A DNA stretch of 64,000 nucleotides, from contig CBDBZU010000004.1 of assembly GCA_965213625.1 (NCBI GenBank), forward strand, positions 2,080,001 to 2,144,000, given 5' to 3'. Of this stretch, positions 61,972 through 64,000 are shown piece after piece. The stretch comes from a bacterium (lineage in GTDB: Bacteria; UBA8248). Every line of letters begins with the position of its first letter. Positions within the stretch are counted from its first letter, which is position 1. A program made the position numbers and the translations under genes. The notes under the pieces are model-generated. The model was not told the origin of the DNA. It ran no database searches and saw only the letters and a program-made list of their open reading frames with translations.

Positions 61972-62502
61972 ATGGATGATGAAAACGTAGAAGAAAAGGG
62001 GTTCAAGGTTTCCGACCGGAGATTCTCCGTGAGGGGATATGAGGATGAAGAATCGCCTGCTGCGGGAGGTGAAGGGCAGTTGCTCTCCGCGGATGCGGCC
62101 GATGCAGAGATGAGTCCGCAAACCGGCGCGTTTTCCCCGAAACCTGAGCCGATGGAAGCCGAACCGGCTCCACCCCGGGCTCCGGAAGTTCCGCAGCCGG
62201 AAGCCGAGGAAAGAGCGCAGCCTGATGGTGACGAGGCGGACGGGGAAGAGGAGGAAGACAGGAGTTTCGAGATGCTCATCGCCATCGTGCAGCAAAACAC
62301 ACTGGCGGCAATGGGCATTCACCCCCAGACGGGGGAGCGCATAGGAGCGGCGGACCCGCGCAGCTCGAAACTATTCGTAGATTTGTTCGGCGTTCTCAAG
62401 GAGAAGATGCAAGGCAATCTTTCTGAGGAAGAGGAACAACTATTGAATCAGGTTCACTCTGATTTGCAAATGATATATGTTCGGGAGGTTGGGTTTGGTT
62501 AG
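61972..62502 (+). CDS. DUF1844-like protein
   Basis: GFKV.DRR N-terminus; AMG..P..G, D....LKEK..GNL..EE..LL...L...YV. Confidence 0.7.
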   Translation: MDDENVEEKGFKVSDRRFSVRGYEDEESPAAGGEGQLLSADAADAEMSPQTGAFSPKPEPMEAEPAPPRAPEVPQPEAEERAQPDGDEADGEEEEDRSFEMLIAIVQQNTLAAMGIHPQTGERIGAADPRSSKLFVDLFGVLKEKMQGNLSEEEEQLLNQVHSDLQMIYVREVGFG

Positions 62503-62582
62503 GCCCGGAAGATCGGCGAGGCGCCGGTCTGTTGCGCGTCATCCCCAATCGTCCTTTTTATTTACCTCTTGCGGGAGATTAC

Positions 62583-62858
62583 ATGACCGTGTCTACGTCT
62601 TATGACGAGATGTTCGAAGAAGCGCTCGGTATCGTCAAGAATCGTTTCTTGCTTTCGGTGCTGCTCGCCAAGCGGGTGGCCCAACTCAGGCGGGGTGCGG
62701 AGCCTCTGGTTCCCTCACAGTCCCACGAGACGCCCGAGCAGATCGTGTTTCGCGAAATCATCGAAGAAAAACTGGAGTGGCGAAAGACAGCGTCGGCCAT
62801 GGATTTGACCGACGTTGACCAGGGTTTCATGGATGTCGGGTTCGACGACGAGGCGTAG
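62583..62858 (+). CDS. rpoZ: RNA polymerase omega subunit
   Basis: NRF.L....AKR..QL..GA.PLV, REI. Confidence 0.85.
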   Translation: MTVSTSYDEMFEEALGIVKNRFLLSVLLAKRVAQLRRGAEPLVPSQSHETPEQIVFREIIEEKLEWRKTASAMDLTDVDQGFMDVGFDDEA

Positions 62859-62881
62859 TATCGCTTGAAAGCGCAAGCCGG

Positions 62882-62912
62882 CCGCTGCCCCGTTCACCGG
62901 GCAGCGGTTTTT
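62882..62912. terminator. Intrinsic terminator between convergent rpoZ and aminotransferase genes
   Basis: CCGCTGCCC-CGTTCACC-GGGCAGCGG-TTTTTT. Confidence 0.75.
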
Positions 62913-64000
62913 TATTGCTTCCTGAGGAACGCCCCCACTCTTTCGATTCCGGCTTCGATGTTTTCGATGGAGTTACAGTAGGAGAACCGCAGAAACCCTT
63001 CCCCCCCGGGGCCGAAATCCGCTCCCGGCGCCACGGCCACGCCGGTGGCCTCCAGAATTTCCCTGGCCAGTTCCAGACTGTCCGTTCCATACTCGCGCGC
63101 ATCGGCGAAGGCGTAGAACGCGCCAGTCGGCTCGTGGAGCATTTTCAGACCGATATCCTTGAGGCGCGCGAGCATGATTTTGCGTCTTTCGTCATAAATC
63201 CCGCGCATGCGCTCCGCTTCGGGCAGGGCGTCTTTGAGAGCGGATATCGCCGCGTGCTGGACGAAAGAATTGGGCGAGACGAAATAGTTTTGCTGCAGTA
63301 TCTCCAGCGGGCGGACGTATTCGGGGGGTACGATGAGATAGCCGACCCGCCAGCCCGTCATGGCGAAATACTTTGAAAAGCCGTTGATGACGAAACAATC
63401 CTCCGTAAAGTGGAGCGCCGTGTATTCCGCATCCTCGTAGCTGAGGCCGTGATATATCTCATCCGAGATGATGGGTTTCCCCAGTCCGGCGAGCGACGCC
63501 ATATCCTGGCGCGAGAGCGCCGCGCCCGTGGGATTTGAGGGCGAGTTGATGAGAACCGCTCTTGTTTTCGGTGTGATGGAATCGCGAACGGCCTCGGCTT
63601 TCAGTGCAAAACCATCCTCTGCATGGGTGGGTACCCGCACCGGTATCCCGCAGGCGGACTGAATGAAGGCAGGGTAGCAGGCATAGTGGGGGTCTGAAAT
63701 GATGATCTCATCGCCCGCATCGACGAGAACGGAGAAGAGCATCAACAGGCCCGGGCTCGTGCCGTTCGTCACCACCACGCGACCGGGCGATACGGATACG
63801 CCATATTTGTGACTGTAATAATCCGCTATCGCCTCGCGCAGTTCGGGTATGCCCAGGGCCGCCGTGTAGTGAGTGTGGCCTGCGCGCAGGGCGTCTTCGG
63901 CGGCGCTGGTGATGACTTCGGGCGTGTCGAAATCGGGCTCTCCCACTTCCAGGTGGATAACCTCTCGGCCCTGCGCCTCCAATTGATGGGCGCGCTCCAT
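62912..64000 (-). CDS. PLP-dependent aminotransferase class I/II (probably 5' truncated)
   Basis: GEPDF, NSPSNPTG, SDEIY, NGFSKYFAMTGWRVG. Confidence 0.95.
   Translation of the reverse strand: MERAHQLEAQGREVIHLEVGEPDFDTPEVITSAAEDALRAGHTHYTAALGIPELREAIADYYSHKYGVSVSPGRVVVTNGTSPGLLMLFSVLVDAGDEIIISDPHYACYPAFIQSACGIPVRVPTHAEDGFALKAEAVRDSITPKTRAVLINSPSNPTGAALSRQDMASLAGLGKPIISDEIYHGLSYEDAEYTALHFTEDCFVINGFSKYFAMTGWRVGYLIVPPEYVRPLEILQQNYFVSPNSFVQHAAISALKDALPEAERMRGIYDERRKIMLARLKDIGLKMLHEPTGAFYAFADAREYGTDSLELAREILEATGVAVAPGADFGPGGEGFLRFSYCNSIENIEAGIERVGAFLRKQ

Overview
64 kb of GC-rich bacterial chromosome, mostly housekeeping genes. Gene content and order resemble deltaproteobacteria/Nitrospinota-like lineages (inference only). 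Order: dnaE (3' end), lipB, exbBD, a histidine phosphatase, vapBC, an orphan TRAP dctP, a UDP-sugar dehydrogenase, rplM-rpsI, argC-argJ, rpsB-tsf-pyrH-frr-uppS-cdsA-dxr, pgpA-cinA-thpR-recA, def-fmt-rsmB (frameshifted)-PASTA-rpe, ffh-rpsP-rimM-trmD-SPOUT-rplS, a TbpB-like lipoprotein, rnhB-yraN, tolC-ruvX-mltG-RomR-like-valS-birA-coaX (minus strand), ribF, tRNA-Leu(CAG), an M16 peptidase, a coiled-coil OmpA/MotB protein, a MarR-LLM-cyclase cluster, and a large heat-shock cluster (clpB-dnaK-cbpA-like-hspR-htpX-grpE-dnaJ). Highlights that the ORF track misses: (1) two tail-to-tail selenoprotein genes (ArsC-like UxxC, and a CUAEP-tail radical SAM), each with an in-frame UGA and a SECIS-like hairpin; (2) a ~300-480 nt highly structured non-coding region after recA that I cannot match to any RNA family I know; (3) a 20-bp motif shared between that region and the clpB leader; (4) nested MITE/REP-like elements.
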